A stretch of 64,000 bases of DNA from the NCBI GenBank assembly GCA_043228905.1, contig JBHGNT010000013.1, positions 5,828,001 through 5,892,000 of the forward strand, in the 5' to 3' direction. The stretch is from Azolla caroliniana. Taxonomy: Eukaryota > Plantae > Polypodiophyta. The position numbers and the translations under genes were made by a program. Numbering within the stretch: position 1 is the stretch's first letter; each line of letters starts with the position of its first letter. Positions 35,442 to 49,922 of the stretch are shown one piece after another. The notes below the pieces were generated by a model. The model ran no database searches, had not been told where the DNA came from, and was given only the letters and a program-made list of their open reading frames with translations.

Positions 35442-35895
35442 GAAGAGACATATTCATAAATATGTTTCTGAGAGCCCATCGAGGCTATATTTGTAAATAG
35501 CCGAAAAGTCATATTAGTATAAATATGACTTAGGGCAAAATTTTAGGGTGTTGTTGTCAATTTATGTCTTGCACGAAATCAGAGTGTGTAACTGTACAGA
35601 GAAAGAGAGAGAGAGAGAGAACGAGGTCGTTGCCTCTGTTGTAACCGCCGCCTGTGGCGAAGATCGTGAGCACGAGGTCGTTGCCTCCGTGGACTCACTG
35701 TTTTGTACATTCTTACATAGTGACAGTTTGCAGCCTGTGGACTGTCGTGGTTTTTTCCCCTAGTTTGGGGTTTTTCCACGTAAACCTCTTGTGTAGTGTG
35801 TGTATATCTTCCTCTCCTTTGTGTCGTGTTTTATTTCCCATTTTCTGTGTATCATTCTACGCTCGGTTGTGGCCGAGCGTCGCGCATAAGGAACG

Positions 35896-38800
35896 TGATG
35901 GAAATAATCGAAACTTTCCAAACTTCACCTCTCGGCCACAACCAAGGAAAACACACGAATCGTTGTTGCAGAAAATGGGAAATGCAGTGGACACACGATT
36001 TATCGTGGAAAACCCTGTACGGGAAAAAACCACGGGAGTACAAGACTCCGAACCAAAACTATGCGCAGAGAAGTATACTATGGCGAGCTGCAAGGCGACG
36101 ACCTTGAGCTCGCTGTCCTCGCCACAGGCGGCGGAAATACACAGAGGCGTCGACCTCTTCCTCTCTCACGCTCTATCTCTCTCACGGCTGCTCTCTCTTC
36201 ACTCGTCTTGAGTGGAAAAACAGAAAAATAAGTAGCCACATAAAACTGTTTGCCCTAAGTCATATTTATACACATATGACTTTCGGGCTATTTACAAATA
36301 TAGCCACAAGGGCCCTTGGCAAACATATTCACAAATATGTCCCCGCATCCGGATCTCGCTCCGGGTACATTCATCATCCGGCTCCGTAGTCGGGGTCTTC
36401 ATCATCCGCCTCCGTAGCCAGGACCGTAACCGTAACCGTAACCGTAACCGGGATTGTAACCGGGATTGCCGTCATTCATCTCCGGACATCCCATTCGGAG
36501 GGACCGAAATCCCAACAAACTCCCCCTTCACTTCGGCATGGGATGTCTCTCCAATCCGATCCTCTTCCGGCATGCTTCCAGCTTGTCGGGTGTGAGTACC
36601 TTGGTCAGCATATCCGACCCGTTCTCGTCCGTGTGGATCTTCGTCAGCACGAAGTCCTTGTCTTCTATCCTTTCCCGGCTCCAGTGGTATCTACGCTGGA
36701 TGTGCTTCGTCCGGGAGTGATAGGCCGCATTCTTCGCAAGGTGGATGGCACTCTGACTGTCGCAGTAGAGTCGGTACTCCTCCTGCCGGATACCGAGCTC
36801 TCTAATGAAGTCCTTCATCCATATTATTTCCTTGCCGGCTTCAACAGCCGCCATGTACTCCGCCTCCATAGTTGACAAGGCAACCGTCTTCTGCAGCCTC
36901 GACTGCCACGAAACAGCTCCTCCTGCATACGTCATCACATACCCTAATGTGGACCGGCTGGTATCTGCATCAGCCGACATATCCGAATCGGTAAAGTCGT
37001 CGAGTTCGGGCTTACCGGAGCCGAATCGGAGGCACACGTTTGTCGTGCCCTTCAGGTATCGGAGTATCCACTTGACCGCGTTCCAGTGCTCTTTGCCGGG
37101 ATTGCTCATGTACCGGCTCACCACTCCGACTGCGTATCCTATGTCCGGTCTTGTACACACCATTGCGTACATCAAGCTTCCGACGGCAGAGGCATATGGT
37201 ACTTTCATCATGTCCTCCTTCTCAGCCTTTTTCTTGGGGCTTTGCTTGCTGGACAGCTTGCAGTTTGCCGGGAGGGTTGACCCGACCGGTCTTGCTTCCG
37301 ACACGTTGAACCGGTGAAGCACCTTTGTCACGTACTTCTCTTGTGACAGCCACAACTGCTTCTTCTTCCGGTCCCGGATGATGTGCATCCCTAGTATTTG
37401 CCTCGCCGGACCCAGGTCCTTCATTGAGAAGGTTCGGTGAAGAGCCCTCTTCAGCATCCGTATCTTGACCTGGTCTCGTCCGACGATCAACATGTCGTCC
37501 ACGTACAGGAGGAGTATTAGAAAGTCTCCTCCTTCAAACTTCTTCACAAACACGCAGTGGTCGGACTGCGTTTTGAGGTACCCTTCGTCGGTCATGAAAG
37601 AGTCGAACTTCCGGTACCATTGCCGGGGAGCCTGCTTCAGTCCGTAAAGGCTCTTCTTCAACCGGCATACCAGGTGCTCCTTCCCTTTCTTCTCGAATCC
37701 TTCCGGTTGCTGCATGTAGATCTCTTCTTCGAGGTCACCGTGAAGGAATGCCGTCTTCACGTCCATCTGTTCTACCTCGAGGTCCATGCTTGCCGCTATG
37801 CTCAGCACCGTCCGGATGGAGGTCATCTTCACTACCGGGGCAAATATCTCGTCGAAATCGACGCCCTTCTTCTGCTGAAACCCCTTCACCACGATCCTGG
37901 CTTTGTATCTCGGGGGGTTTCCGGCATCTCCCGGTTTCAGCTTGAACACCCACTTGTTTCGAAGTGCCCGCTTTCCTTTCGGCAACTCCACAAGTTCATA
38001 TGTGTGGTTCTCATGCAGGGAATCCATCTCGTCCTGCATGGCACTCAACCACCTGCGGCTCTGGGTGTCATGCTTTGCTTCTTCAAAGCTCTCCGGCTCC
38101 CCCTCGTCGGTTAGCAGCACGTGCTCTGGTTCCGGAAATCTCCGGGGGGCCCTTCTCTCTCTTAGAGGATATCTCCGTTCCGGAGCTTCGGTAACCGGTT
38201 CTTCCGATTCTTCTTCATCCGAATCCATTTCGGGATCGGGGCCGGTTCCGGTATCATTTTCATCTTCTTCGGCCGGTTCTGTTTCTTCACCGTCTTCGGC
38301 CGGATCCTCGAGTGCTAACCGGTCCCTTGCCGGTCGGGACTGCTCCTCGTAGAGTTGATCCTCACCGGTCGACTTGGAGCTCTTCATCTTCTTCTCCGCC
38401 TCCCAGTCGGCGAGTGTCTTGTTCTCCATGAAGATGATATCACGACTCCGGAATATCTTCTTGTCGACCGGGTCCCATACTCGGTAGCCGAACTCGTCGT
38501 CGCCGTAACCGAGGAATATGCATGGCCGGGTCTTTGGATCGAGCTTTCCTCTCCGGTCCTTAGCCACATGCACATATGCGAGACACCCGAACACCTTCAG
38601 ATGCCGGTAGGATACTTCCCTACCGGTCCACACTCTCTGCGGCGTGTCTCCGTCCAAAGGTGCTGAGGGTGATCTGTTTATCACGTATGTCGCCGTCGAC
38701 ATTGCCTCAGCCCAAAACCCCTTGGGTAATTTCGCATGCGCCAGCATACTCCGGACCCTCTCCATTATGGTCCGGTTCATCCTCTCGGCCAGCCCGTTCA

Positions 38801-41254
38801 GTTCCGGCGTCTTCGGCATAGTAAACTCGAGCCGAATTCCCTTCGAGCGACAGTACTCCTTGAACTGCCCCCGGTATTCCCCCCCGTTATCCGCTCGTAT
38901 CGCTTTCAGCTTCTTGCCGGATTCCCTTTCCACTCTCGCGTGGAGTTCTTTGAAGACGCACAACACTTGGTCCTTTGTCTTCAGCGGTGCCGTCCACAGT
39001 TTTCGGCTATGATCATCTATGAATGTTACGAAGTACTGGGCTCCGCCATGTGACTTCGTTTCTACCTGACACACATCAGTGTGCACCAACTCCAATGGTG
39101 CGCTACGTCTCGTCGGTGGCCTTGAGTGGAAGGAGGTTCGGTTCTGCTTACCGGCCAGGCAATTGGTGCACTTCTCCAGGTGCACATGCTTCACTGGAAT
39201 AAGGTTGTCTTCTGCAAGCCTCTTCATCCCCTTCTCACTCATGTGGCACAGTCTCTTGTGCCACAGCTCACCGGCAGTGTCGGCTGCCACGTTCAACTCT
39301 TCCGAACACAACCAGGCATTATAAGGTACAGTGTGTTGACTTTCCGGGCCCGAGCCACTATCAGGCTTCCCTTGCTGAACTTCATTACGCCGTTCCGGAT
39401 GCTACCTGTGTAGCCTTCATCGTCTAGCCTCCCGGCCGAAATCAGGTTCAATCGAACCTCCGGAACGTGTCGGACATCCTTCAGCAGCATTTTGCATCCA
39501 GTCGGGGTTGTCAACCACACGTCTCCTATGCCGGCAATCCGGCACGTGCCTTCATTTCCCATCCGAACACAGCCAAGCTCGCCGGCTGTGTAGGATGAGA
39601 AGTATCTTCTTTCTGGGGTCAGGTGGAACGACGCTCCGGAATCGACCACCCAGGTAGTCTCATCGCCGGCAATGTTTAGGTCACCTTCTTCGGTGATGAG
39701 CATGATCTCCTCTTCACTTGCCGCGAGTGCCGTCGTTCCTTTCCGGTCCTGCCCTCGCCGATCCGAACCATTCCGGTCCGTGGCTCCCCGGTAAGCACCG
39801 TTCCGTTCCGAAGACTTCTTCGAATCGGTGTCGTCGGCTCCGTTGTCTTTTCGGTAATGCCGACAATTCTTTCGGAAGTGCCCCGGCTTCCCACAGTGGA
39901 AGCATGTGGGCCTTCCTCTTGACTGCGACCGGGTCCCCGACTTCTCCCGTCTTTGCGGACTCCGGTTCCATTGTCTTCCCCGTTCCGATTCGGTAAGCAG
40001 CGCCTTCGAGTCGGAGGCCGGTTCTTTATCTCTCCGACGCGCTTCTTCGTTCAAAATACTTGTCTTTACCGTTTGTAGGGACAAGTTATCTTCGGTGCAG
40101 GAGGTGCTGAGAGTCACCACCAAGTTCTCCCAGCTTTCCGGCAATGTACACATCAGAATGATGGCTTGCATTGCATCCTCCAGCGGGAACTTGATCGCCG
40201 CAAGCTGGTTCACGAATCCCATGAACGTGCTTACGTGTTCCACCATACTCTCGCCGTCCCGGTACTTGAGGTTCACTATCTTCCTCATCAGGGAGGTCCG
40301 GTTCAACGCATTCTTCCTCTCATAGAGGCCCGACAGCTTCCGCCACATCTCATATGCGTTGGTGTCGTTCGCCACATGTTGTAGAACGCTCACGTCTACG
40401 TATTGCCGAATGGTTGCAACGGCTTTCCGGTTCAGAAGCCTCCATTCTGACTCAAGTACCCCCTTCGGTATTTCCGACCTGTCAATCGGTTCGTACAGGT
40501 CCCGAACAATCAGAAGATCCTCCATCTTGATCTTCCAGTCGGCGTAATTCTGCGCATTCAGCACCATCAATCCCGGCTGCCCGCTGCCGCCGCCTTCCAT
40601 TTTCTGCAGCAACCTCGCTCTGATACCAAAATTGATGGAAATAATCGAAACTTTCCAAACTTCACCTCTCGGCCACAACCAAGGAAAACACACGAATCGT
40701 TGTTGCAGAAAATGGGAAATGCAGTGGACACACGATTTATCGTGGAAAACCCTGTACGGGAAAAAACCACGGGAGTACAAGACTCCGAACCAAAACTATG
40801 CGCAGAGAAGTATACTATGGCGAGCTGCAATGCGATGACCTTGAGCTCGCTGTCCTCGCCACAGGCGGTGGAAATACACAGAGGCGTCGACCTCTTCCTC
40901 TCTCACGCTCTATCTCTCTCACGGCTGCTCTCTCTTCACTCGTCTTGAGTGGAAAAACAGAAAAATAAGTAGTCACATAAAACTGTTTGCCCTAAGTCAT
41001 ATTTATACACATATGACTTTCGGGCTATTTACAAATATAGCCACAAGGGCCCTTGGCAAACATATTCACAAATATGTCCCCGCATCCGGATCTCGCTCCG
41101 GGTACATTCATCATCCGGCTCCGTAGCCGGGGTCTTCATCATCCGGCTCCGTAGCCAGGACCGTAACCGTAACCGTAACCGTAACCGGGATTGTAACCGG
41201 GATTGCCGTCATTCATCTCCGGACATCCCATTCGGAGGGACCGAAATCCCAACA
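35896..41254 (-). mobile_element. Ty1/copia element E (close relative of C1) inserted in U5 of the D 5' LTR
   Basis: 622-bp LTRs 35896..36517 and 40633..41254 (~6 differences). TSD GAACG (35891-35895/41255-41259), PBS 40616-40628. Confidence 0.96.
36528..40600 (-). pseudogene. copia E gag-pol with a single 1-bp deletion near 39321
   Basis: ORFs 39293..40780 and 36528..39311 join if one G is restored (C1: CTGATGAATGCC; E: CTTATAATGCC). Confidence 0.93.
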
Positions 41255-41303
41255 GAACGTTGGGTTCCCGTCAAGTGGTATCAGAGCAAAATCGACACAG
41301 AAA

Positions 41304-44300
41304 ATGGACGAATCATTTGGCGGCATGTTCAAGCTCACCGGCTCCAACTATTCAGTATGGAAGTCGAAGATGAGGAACATGCTCGTTGTTAAAGACCTCT
41401 GGCTGCCGGTTCAGTTCGGGGACAAGAGACCGGACAAAATCGACGCCGCAATATGGGAGGTGATGCACATGAAGACAACGGCGTACATACGGTGCTTCAT
41501 CGACATGAGCCTGTACAATAACTTCAATGAAGAGAGCAAGGCTCATGAGCTCTGGGAGAAGATCGGCATAATGTTCCAAAACAAAAATGCTGTTAATCAG
41601 GTTTTGGTATTCCGGAAGCTAGTAAGACTCCGGTACCAAGATGGCTCCAGCATGGCGGAGCACATGAATGCCTTCCAGGGGCTGATCGACCAGGCAACTT
41701 CATTGGAAGTACCTCTCGCCGATGAGGTACTTGCGCTACTCCTGCTTGGTTCCCTCCCGGATAGCTGGGAGACGTTGGTTGTCACTTTGGGCAACGCCGG
41801 GCCGGAAGGAAAGCGGTTATCCCTAGCAAGAGTAAAGTCGAGCTTGCTAGATGAGGAGGCGCGTCGGAAAGACAAAGATACGAGCTCCGACTCCAAAGCG
41901 CTCCTTACCGAATCGGAACGCGGAAGACATAGAAACCGTAGTCCCCAAAACCGGGAGAAGTTGGGGACACGGTCAAAGTCAAGGGGGAGGCCTACTTGCT
42001 TCTATTGCGGCAAGCCGGGACACTTCCAAAAGAACTGTCGGCATTTTCGTAAAGACAAGGAAACCGACGGTACCGATTTGAAGCAAACCCTGGACCGGAA
42101 CGGTAAAGACCGGAACGGTAAAGAACGGAGGGGGCCGGACCGGAAGGGAACGACGGCAATCGCGGCAAGTGAAGAGGAGTTGATGCTCATCACCGAGGAG
42201 AGTAAGATAAACCTTGCCGGCGACGAGATGACCTGGGTGGTAGACTCCGGAGCATCGTTCCACCTTACCCCAGACCGGAAATGCTTCGCATCCTACTCAT
42301 CCGGTGACCACGGCTGTGTCCGGATGGGGAATGAAGGTATATGCCGAATTGTCAGCATAGGAGACGTGTGGCTGACAACACCAACCGGATGCAAGTTGCT
42401 GCTGAAGGATGTCCGACACGTTCCGGAAGTTCGTCTAAACCTGATATCAGCCGGTCGGTTAGATGATGAAGGCTACACGGGTAGCATCCGGAATGGTGTC
42501 ATGAAGTTCAGCAAAGGGAGCCTGATTGTGGCTCGGGCCCGGAAGGTAAACACACTGTACCTGATGAGTGCCCGGTTATGTCCGGAAGAAGTGAACGTGG
42601 CATCCGACACTGCCGGTGAGCTGTGGCACAAGAGGCTGTGTCATATGAGTGAGAAGGGGATGAAGAGGCTTGCAGATGACAACCTCATTCCAGTGAAGAA
42701 CGTGCACTTAGAGAAGTGCACTGATTGTCTGGCCGGTAAGCAGAACCGGACCTCCTTCTGACCAAGGCCACCGATGAGACGTAATGCACCACTGGAGTTG
42801 GTGCATACGGATGTGTGTCAGGTAGACACGAAGTCACATGCCGGAGCGCAGTACTTCGTGACGTTCATAGATGACCACAGCCGGAAGCTGTGGGCCACAC
42901 CGTTGAAGACGAAGGATCAGGTGTTATTTGTCTTCAAAGAGCTCCACGCGAGAGTGGAAAGAGAAACCAGCCGGAAGCTGAAGGCGGTTCGAGCAGATAA
43001 CGGAGGAGAGTACCGGGGGCAGTTTGAGGAGTACTGCCGCTCGAAGGGAATCCGGCTCGAATTTACCATGCCGAAGACGCCGGAACTAAACGGACTGGCC
43101 GAGAGGATGAACCGGACCATAATGGAGAGGGTCCAGAGTATGCTAGCACATACAAAACTACCCAAGAAGTTTTGGGCTGAGGCACTGTCAACGACGACAT
43201 ACGTGATTAATAGATCACCCTCAGTACCCTTGGACGGAGACACGCCACAAAGAGTGTGGACCAGTAAGGAAGTATCCTACCAGCATCTGAAGGTGTTCGG
43301 GTGTCTCGCGTACGTGCATGTAGCAAAGGACCGGAGAGGAAAGTTAGATCCAAAGACCCGGCCATGCATATTCCTCGGTTACGGTGACGATGAGTTCGGT
43401 TACCAAGTGTGGGACCCGGTCGACAAGAAGGTATTCCAGAGTCGAGATATTATCTTCATGGAGGACAAGACGCTCGCCGACTAGGAGTCGGAGAAGAAGA
43501 TAATGAACTCCGAGTCGACCGGTAAGGATAGACTCTACGATGAGCAGACCCAACCGGCAAGAGACCGGTTAGCACTCGAGGAACCAGCCGGTTACGGTGA
43601 GGATACCGAACCGGCAGATGAAGAGGTAGAGGAAGCTGAGACCGGAACCGGCCAAGACTCCGAATCGGATTCGGATGAAGAGCAAATGGAGGAGCCGGTT
43701 ACCGAAACCCGAAGACGGAGATATCCTCTCAGAGAGAGAAGGGCCCCCCGGAGATTTCCGGATGCAGAGCATGTTCTGCTGACCGATGAGGGGGAGCCGG
43801 AAAGCTTCGAAGAAGTGAAGGAAGACACCCAGAGCCGAAAATGGTTAAGTGCCATGCAGGATGAGATGGATTCCCTGCATGAGAACCATACGTACGAATT
43901 GGTGGAGTTGCCGAAAGGAAAGCGGGCACTCCGAAACAAGTGGGTGTACAAGTTGAAACTGGGAGATGCCGGCAACCCCCCGAGATACAAAGCCAGGATC
44001 GTGGTGAAGGGGTTCCAGCAGAAGAAGGGCGTGGACTTCGACGAGATATTTGCCCCGGTAGTAAAGATGACCTCCATCCGGACGGTGCTGAGTATAGCAG
44101 CAAGCATGGACCTCGAGGTAGAGCAGCTGGACGTGAAGACGGCATTCCTTCACAGCGACCTCGAAGAGGAGATCTACATGCAGCAACCGGAAGGATTTGT
44201 GGAGAAAGGGAAGGAGCACCTGGTATGCCGGTTGAAGAAGAGCCTGTACGGACTGAAGCAGGCTCCCCGGCAATGGTACCGGAAGTTCGACTCCTTCATG

Positions 44301-45364
44301 ACCGATCAAGGGTACCACAAGACGCAGGCCGATCACTGCGTGTTTGCGAACAAGTTCGAAGGAGGGAACTTCCTGATACTCCTCCTGTACGTGGATGACA
44401 TGTTGATCGTCGGACGAGACCAAGGCAAAATACGGATGCTGAAGAAGGCTCTCAACCGGACCTTCTCAATGAAAGACTTGGGTCCGTCAAGACAGATGTT
44501 GGGGATGCACATCATTCGGGACCGGTCAGTGAAGCAATTATGGTTGTCACAGGAGAAGTATGTGACAAAGGTGCTTCACCGGTTCAACATGTCAGAAGCA
44601 AAACCGGTCGGATCGACACTTCCGGCAAACTGTAGGCTGTCCGGCAAGCAAAGCCCGAAGACGAAAGGAGAGAAGGCAGATATGATGAAGATTCCATATG
44701 CCTCTGCCGTCGGGAGCTTGATGTACGCAATGGTTTGTACCCAACCGGACATTGGATACGCAGTCGGAGTGGTGAGCCGGTTCATGAGTAATCCCGGCAA
44801 GGAGCACTGGAACGCAGTCAAATGGATACTCCGGTATTTGAAGGGCACTTCAAATATGTGTCTCCGATTCGGCTCCGGAAAACCTCAACTGGACGGTTTC
44901 ACCGATTCGGACATGTCGGCTGATGTGGATACCAGTCGGTCTACATCCGGGTATGTGATGACATATGCAGGGGGAGCTGTTTCGTGGCAGTCGAGGCTGC
45001 AGAAGACGGTTGCATTGTCAACCACAGAGGCGGAGTACATGGCAGCTGTGGAAGCCGGCAAGGAAATATTATGGATGAAGGACTTCATCAGAGAGCTCGG
45101 TATCCGGCAAGCGGAATATCGAGTCTACTGCGACAGTCAAAGTGCCATCCACCTTGCTAAAAATGCGGCCTACCATTCCCGGACGAAGCATATCCAGCGG
45201 AGGTATCACTGGATCCGGGAAAGAGTAGATGACCAGGAGTTCGCACTAACGAAGATCCACACGGCCGAGAACGGGTCAGATATGCTAACCAAAGTGCTGA
45301 CACCGACAAGCTGGATGCATGCCGGAAGAGAATCGGACTAGTAAGACACCCCATGCCGGAGTGA
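41304..45364 (+). pseudogene. copia D gag-pol, two in-frame stops and a C-terminal frameshift
   Basis: ORFs 41304..42761, 42774..43484 and 43503..45341 share one frame; stops are consistent with CGA>TGA and TGG>TAG. Confidence 0.93.
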
Positions 45365-46190
45365 AGGGGGAGTTTGTTGGGAGACAGGTTGCGCCGGATG
45401 GGAAGGGAGAAGAACAATGCCGACGAACAAACTCGGCCGAGGCCGAAACGGTATGAGGAGTACCCGGCTACGGAGAGCCAGATGATACAGGCCCGGTGTG
45501 AACCGGATGAGGAGTACCCGGCTACAGAGAGCCGGATGATACATGCCCGGTGTGAACCGGATGAGGAGTACCCGGCTACGGAGAGCCGGATGATACAGGC
45601 CCGGTGTGAACCGGATGAGTAGTACCTGGCTACGGAGAGCCGGATGGTGCAGGCCCGGTGGGAACCGGATGAGGAGTACCCGGCTACGGAGAGCCGGATG
45701 GTGCAGAACCGGTGAGAACCGAAGGAAGAGACATATTCGTAAATATGTTTCTGAGAGCCCATCGAGGCTATATTTGTAAATAGCCGAAAAGTCATATTAG
45801 TATAAATATGACTTAGGGCAAACTTTTAGGGTGTTGTTGTCAATTTCGGTCTTGCACGAAATCAGAGTGTGTAACTGTACAGAGAGAGAGAGAGAGAGAG
45901 AACGAGGTCGTTGCCTCTGTTGTAACCGCCGCCTGTGGCGAAGATCGTGAGCACGAGGTCGTTGCCTCCGTGGACTCACTGTTTTGTACATTCTTACATA
46001 GTGACAGTTTGCAGCCTGTGGACTGCCGTGGTTTTTTCCCCTAGTTTGGGGTTTTTCCACATAAACCTCCTGTGTAGTGTGTGTGTATCTTCCTCTCCTT
46101 TGTGTCGTGTTTTATTTCCCGTTTTCTGTGTATCATTCTACGCTCGGTTGTGGCCGAGCGTCGCGCATAAGGAATGTTGGGTTCGCGTCA

Positions 46191-49100
46191 AGGTGCTCCT
46201 CAGTAGGTCGCGCCATGAACTGATTGATCACTCCGACGGGATAACTGAGGTCGGGTCGGGTGATGGTCAAGTATATGAGGCTTCCGACAATTTGCCAGAA
46301 CCTCGTCGGGTCGCATACCTTTCCCGTATCGGGACGAAGCTTGACGGTTCTGTCCAGAGGAGTCGAGACGGACTTACAGTCGGCCATCCCGAGTTTGAAG
46401 AGCATACTCAACACGTAATGGCGTTGGCTGATCAATATGCCTTCGGGGATACGGATCACTTCGATCCCGAGGAAGTAATGAAGGTCCCCCAGATCCTTCA
46501 TGTCGAACGATGCCGCAAGCTGGAGCTTCACGCGGTTGATTTCACCTAGGTCGGCGTCGGTGATGACCAAGTCATCAACATATAGTAAAATACTAACCGG
46601 TCCGAGTCGACCTTTCCGGATGAACAGGGAAGAGTCTGATTTTGACGTGGCGAAGCCCATCCGACACAGTTGTTGCATGATCTTCGCGTTCCAGGCACGC
46701 GGGACTTGCTTCAGTCCGTAAAGGGACTTCTTCAGTCGGCATACTGCCGAGGAGTTCGTTCCGGAGTGAAATCCGGGGGGTTGTACCATGTACACCTGTT
46801 CCTCAAGGTCACCTTGCAGGAACGCATTCTTTACATCCATCTGATGTAAGTGCCACCCCTTGGCCGCGGCTACTGCAAGCAAAACACGGACGGTCGTCAT
46901 TTTCGCGACCGGCGCAAACGTCTCATTGTAGTCGATGCCATGTTTCTGCGCGTAGCCCTTTGCCTCCAGTCGAGCCTGTTACCAGTTGACCGAGCCATCG
47001 GTGTTGTACTTGACCTTGTACACCCACCTACACCCGATCGGTTTTACCCCTTTTAGTGCGTCAACCAGGTCCCAGGTCTCGTTCTCCGCCAATGCGTGCA
47101 TCTCTTCCTCCATCGCGGCACGCCAATTCACGTCTTTAGCCGCTTCTGCGTAGCTCTCCGGCTCACGCACTTCCGCTACACGGGTCATGTACGCATAGTG
47201 ATGCACCATGTACTCGTTGTATCCGAACCGCAAAACAGGATTCTTCTAGCGGGTAGATCAGCGTAATCTCACATCAGCCGATGTCGAGGCCTTCTCGGTC
47301 GACGCGGTCTTCATCTTTAAAGACCTCTCACCGGTTCCCTCGGAGTCGAACTCGCGTCGGTCTGACTCGTTCCTATCCGTGCCGGAATCCAACACCTTCT
47401 TCTTCCCTTTCTCTTTGCGCGTAAACCGTCTCCTCGGCTTCCTGCGCGGGGAATGCACGGCCGAGTCTCCACTACTCGCCGGCTCTTCATCGGACTGGTC
47501 GTACCGACTCAGTCGTCCAATCGGTCCACTTAACCGGAGTGAAATCGGACTCTCTTCGCGGGTCTCAATTTCGGGCTCATCCGGAGGCATCTCGGCCTCG
47601 CTGACCTCATCGTCAGAACTCGGATTGGAGTCGGGGTTCGGAGTCGGGGGCAGGTACCAGGACACGGACTCGTCAAACACAACGTCGCGGCTGACGCGCG
47701 CTTGTTTGGTGCGAGGGTTATAGCACTTATAACTCTTTTGCTCGTCCGAGTAACCGACCAAGATGCATTTCTCGGCCTTTGCGTCCAGCTTCCTCCTTTT
47801 CTCCTTCAGTACATGCACATACGCGATGCTACCGAATACCCTCAAGTGTCGCAAATTCGGCTTCGTTCCGAAATATAGCTCGTGCGCCGACACTTTGTCT
47901 CCGATCCGGTTTTGGATGTATACCGCGGTCCTTACCGCCTCGGCCCAGTAGAACTTGGGCAAGCTCTTTTCCTCCAGCATTGCCCGTGCCGCTTCCACAA
48001 CTGACTGATTCTTCCTCTCGGCCACGTCGTTCTGCTCCGGCGTGTATCTACAACTGAATTCGCGCCGAATTTCCATTTGTTGTAGATAACCGTTGAATTG
48101 ACCGTAAAAGTACTCTTTCTCGCCATCCGACCGCAGGCACTTGATCTTTCGTCCCGTTTCCGTTTCCACGAACCCTTTGAGGTCCCGGAAACAGTCGAAG
48201 ACTTCGCTCTTCCTCTCAATGAGGTAGATCCATGTGTGCCACGTGTGGTCGTCGATGAAGGAGACGAAATATCGGCTCCCGCCAAGACTAACGTTTTGTG
48301 TCGGCCCCCATACATCGGAGTGTATAAGGTCGAGCTTATTCCGTCTCCGGTTTTGCTCGTTGGGGAAAGGAAGTCGGTGTTGCTTCCCGAGTTGGCAAGC
48401 TTCACAAATTTGTGGCTTTCGGCCACTAAATTTGGGCAATCCGAACACTACCTGTTTCGATTGCAGATCTTGAAGCCGTTGGTGGTTGACGTGGCCTATC
48501 CGCTTGTGCCACAAGTCGATGTCCGACTCGGATTTTTGTCCCTTTGCGAACATTGCGGTGCCGCCGTCAGTGGAGTCGAGGATGAACATCCTCCCGTCTC
48601 TGCACCCTTGCGCAATCACACGACCTTCTACCTCAATGAAGCACCCGAGGTGTGTAAACCGAACCTCCATCCCTTGGTCGACGATCTGTCCGACTGAGAC
48701 CAAGTTCTTCGTGATTGTCGGAACGTCACAACACGTTCATGAGTTTCCCTTTCTGCCCGACATGGCTAAGGGGAACTTCTCCGACATTTGCGATCGGATG
48801 CGGAGTGTTGTCTCCAGTTGCGACTACTCCAGGTTGTATCGGTTTTTCAAGGTACGAGAACCACTCCTTATGGCTCGTCATGTGGTTTGACGCGCCGGAG
48901 TCTACGTACCACACCTCGTCCGATCTTGGGGTGCTCTGTTTCATTGAGTTTGCTTCGTGTCTCGTCACGAAGACAGACCCTTCTCCGACTCTCCCAGAGT
49001 CTTGGGCGTAGTGTGATCGCTGCCGATTTCCCTTGTCGGTATGTCCGGAGCCGTTTCCGTTTCCGGTTCTCTCCGAATCGGCGCGCTTCTTCCAGCACTC

Positions 49101-49922
49101 ACTTTCCTTGTGGCCTTTCTTGCCACAGTACCAGCACTCCACGATGGACTTCCCTTGCCGGTTCTCATCGCTTCGACTCCCCTGGTTTCCAGAGGGTCAT
49201 GAGTTGCTGTCGGCATCAATTTGGTGCCTTCTTCCTTGATCTCGTTGGCCGCCTCCATTGCGCGCCGACTCGCCTCGTCCTCCACGTCCACGAGGCCTAT
49301 CTCCCTCCGTGTACAACATTCTGCTGTCGGTGTGCGTGCTCGTCGACGCACCCGCGTGGTTCTCCTCTACCAGGAGCATCGACTGTAAGTCGAAAAAGGA
49401 CGGTGTATTCTCCCGGGTACACACAGCCGTTCGGAACACTCCGAACTTCGACGCCAAACCTCCGAGACAGATCTGGACCATCTCGCTCTCCTCGATGTTC
49501 ACCTCTATGGAGGCGAGGGAGTCGCAGATATCCTTGATCTTCGAGGTATAGTCCACCACCGACAAGTCGCGTTGTCGTAGGTTGCTCAACTCCTATCGGA
49601 GCTGAAGCTTCCTGGGTGTGGTGCTCGCGGCGAAAATCTTCTTCAGATTTTCCCACGCACCCTTCGGCGTCTTTGCATCCCGAACATAGCTCAATAGTTG
49701 TTCGCCCACACATGACGCGAAGCAGTACAATACCCTCCTCGCTGATTGCTCCCACGACGGGAAGTCTCTGTGTGTCGATTCGGGTGCCGTGTCATTAGCT
49801 CCTTCGACATAACTCCAGTAGCCGTGCCCGAGCAGGTACTAGTGCATCTTGTAGGACCAAGACGCGTAGTTGGTTCTGTCGAGCTTCTCTGTTGGAAGCG
49901 AGCTCGCCATGCCTCTATCCAT
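46191..49922 (-). pseudogene. copia B gag, PR, IN and RT N-terminal part
   Basis: CWYCGKKGHKESEC, YVDSGASNHM, WHKRIGH..CEAC, HSDVWG, YVDDL. Confidence 0.92.

Larger units (their letters stand above)
35146..46190 (+). mobile_element. Ty1/copia element D inserted antisense in the RT of B
   Basis: 5' LTR 35146..35895 + 41260..41273; 3' LTR 45375..46190. TSD AGGGG/AGGTG, PBS 41276-41287, PPT 45363-45372. Confidence 0.93.
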
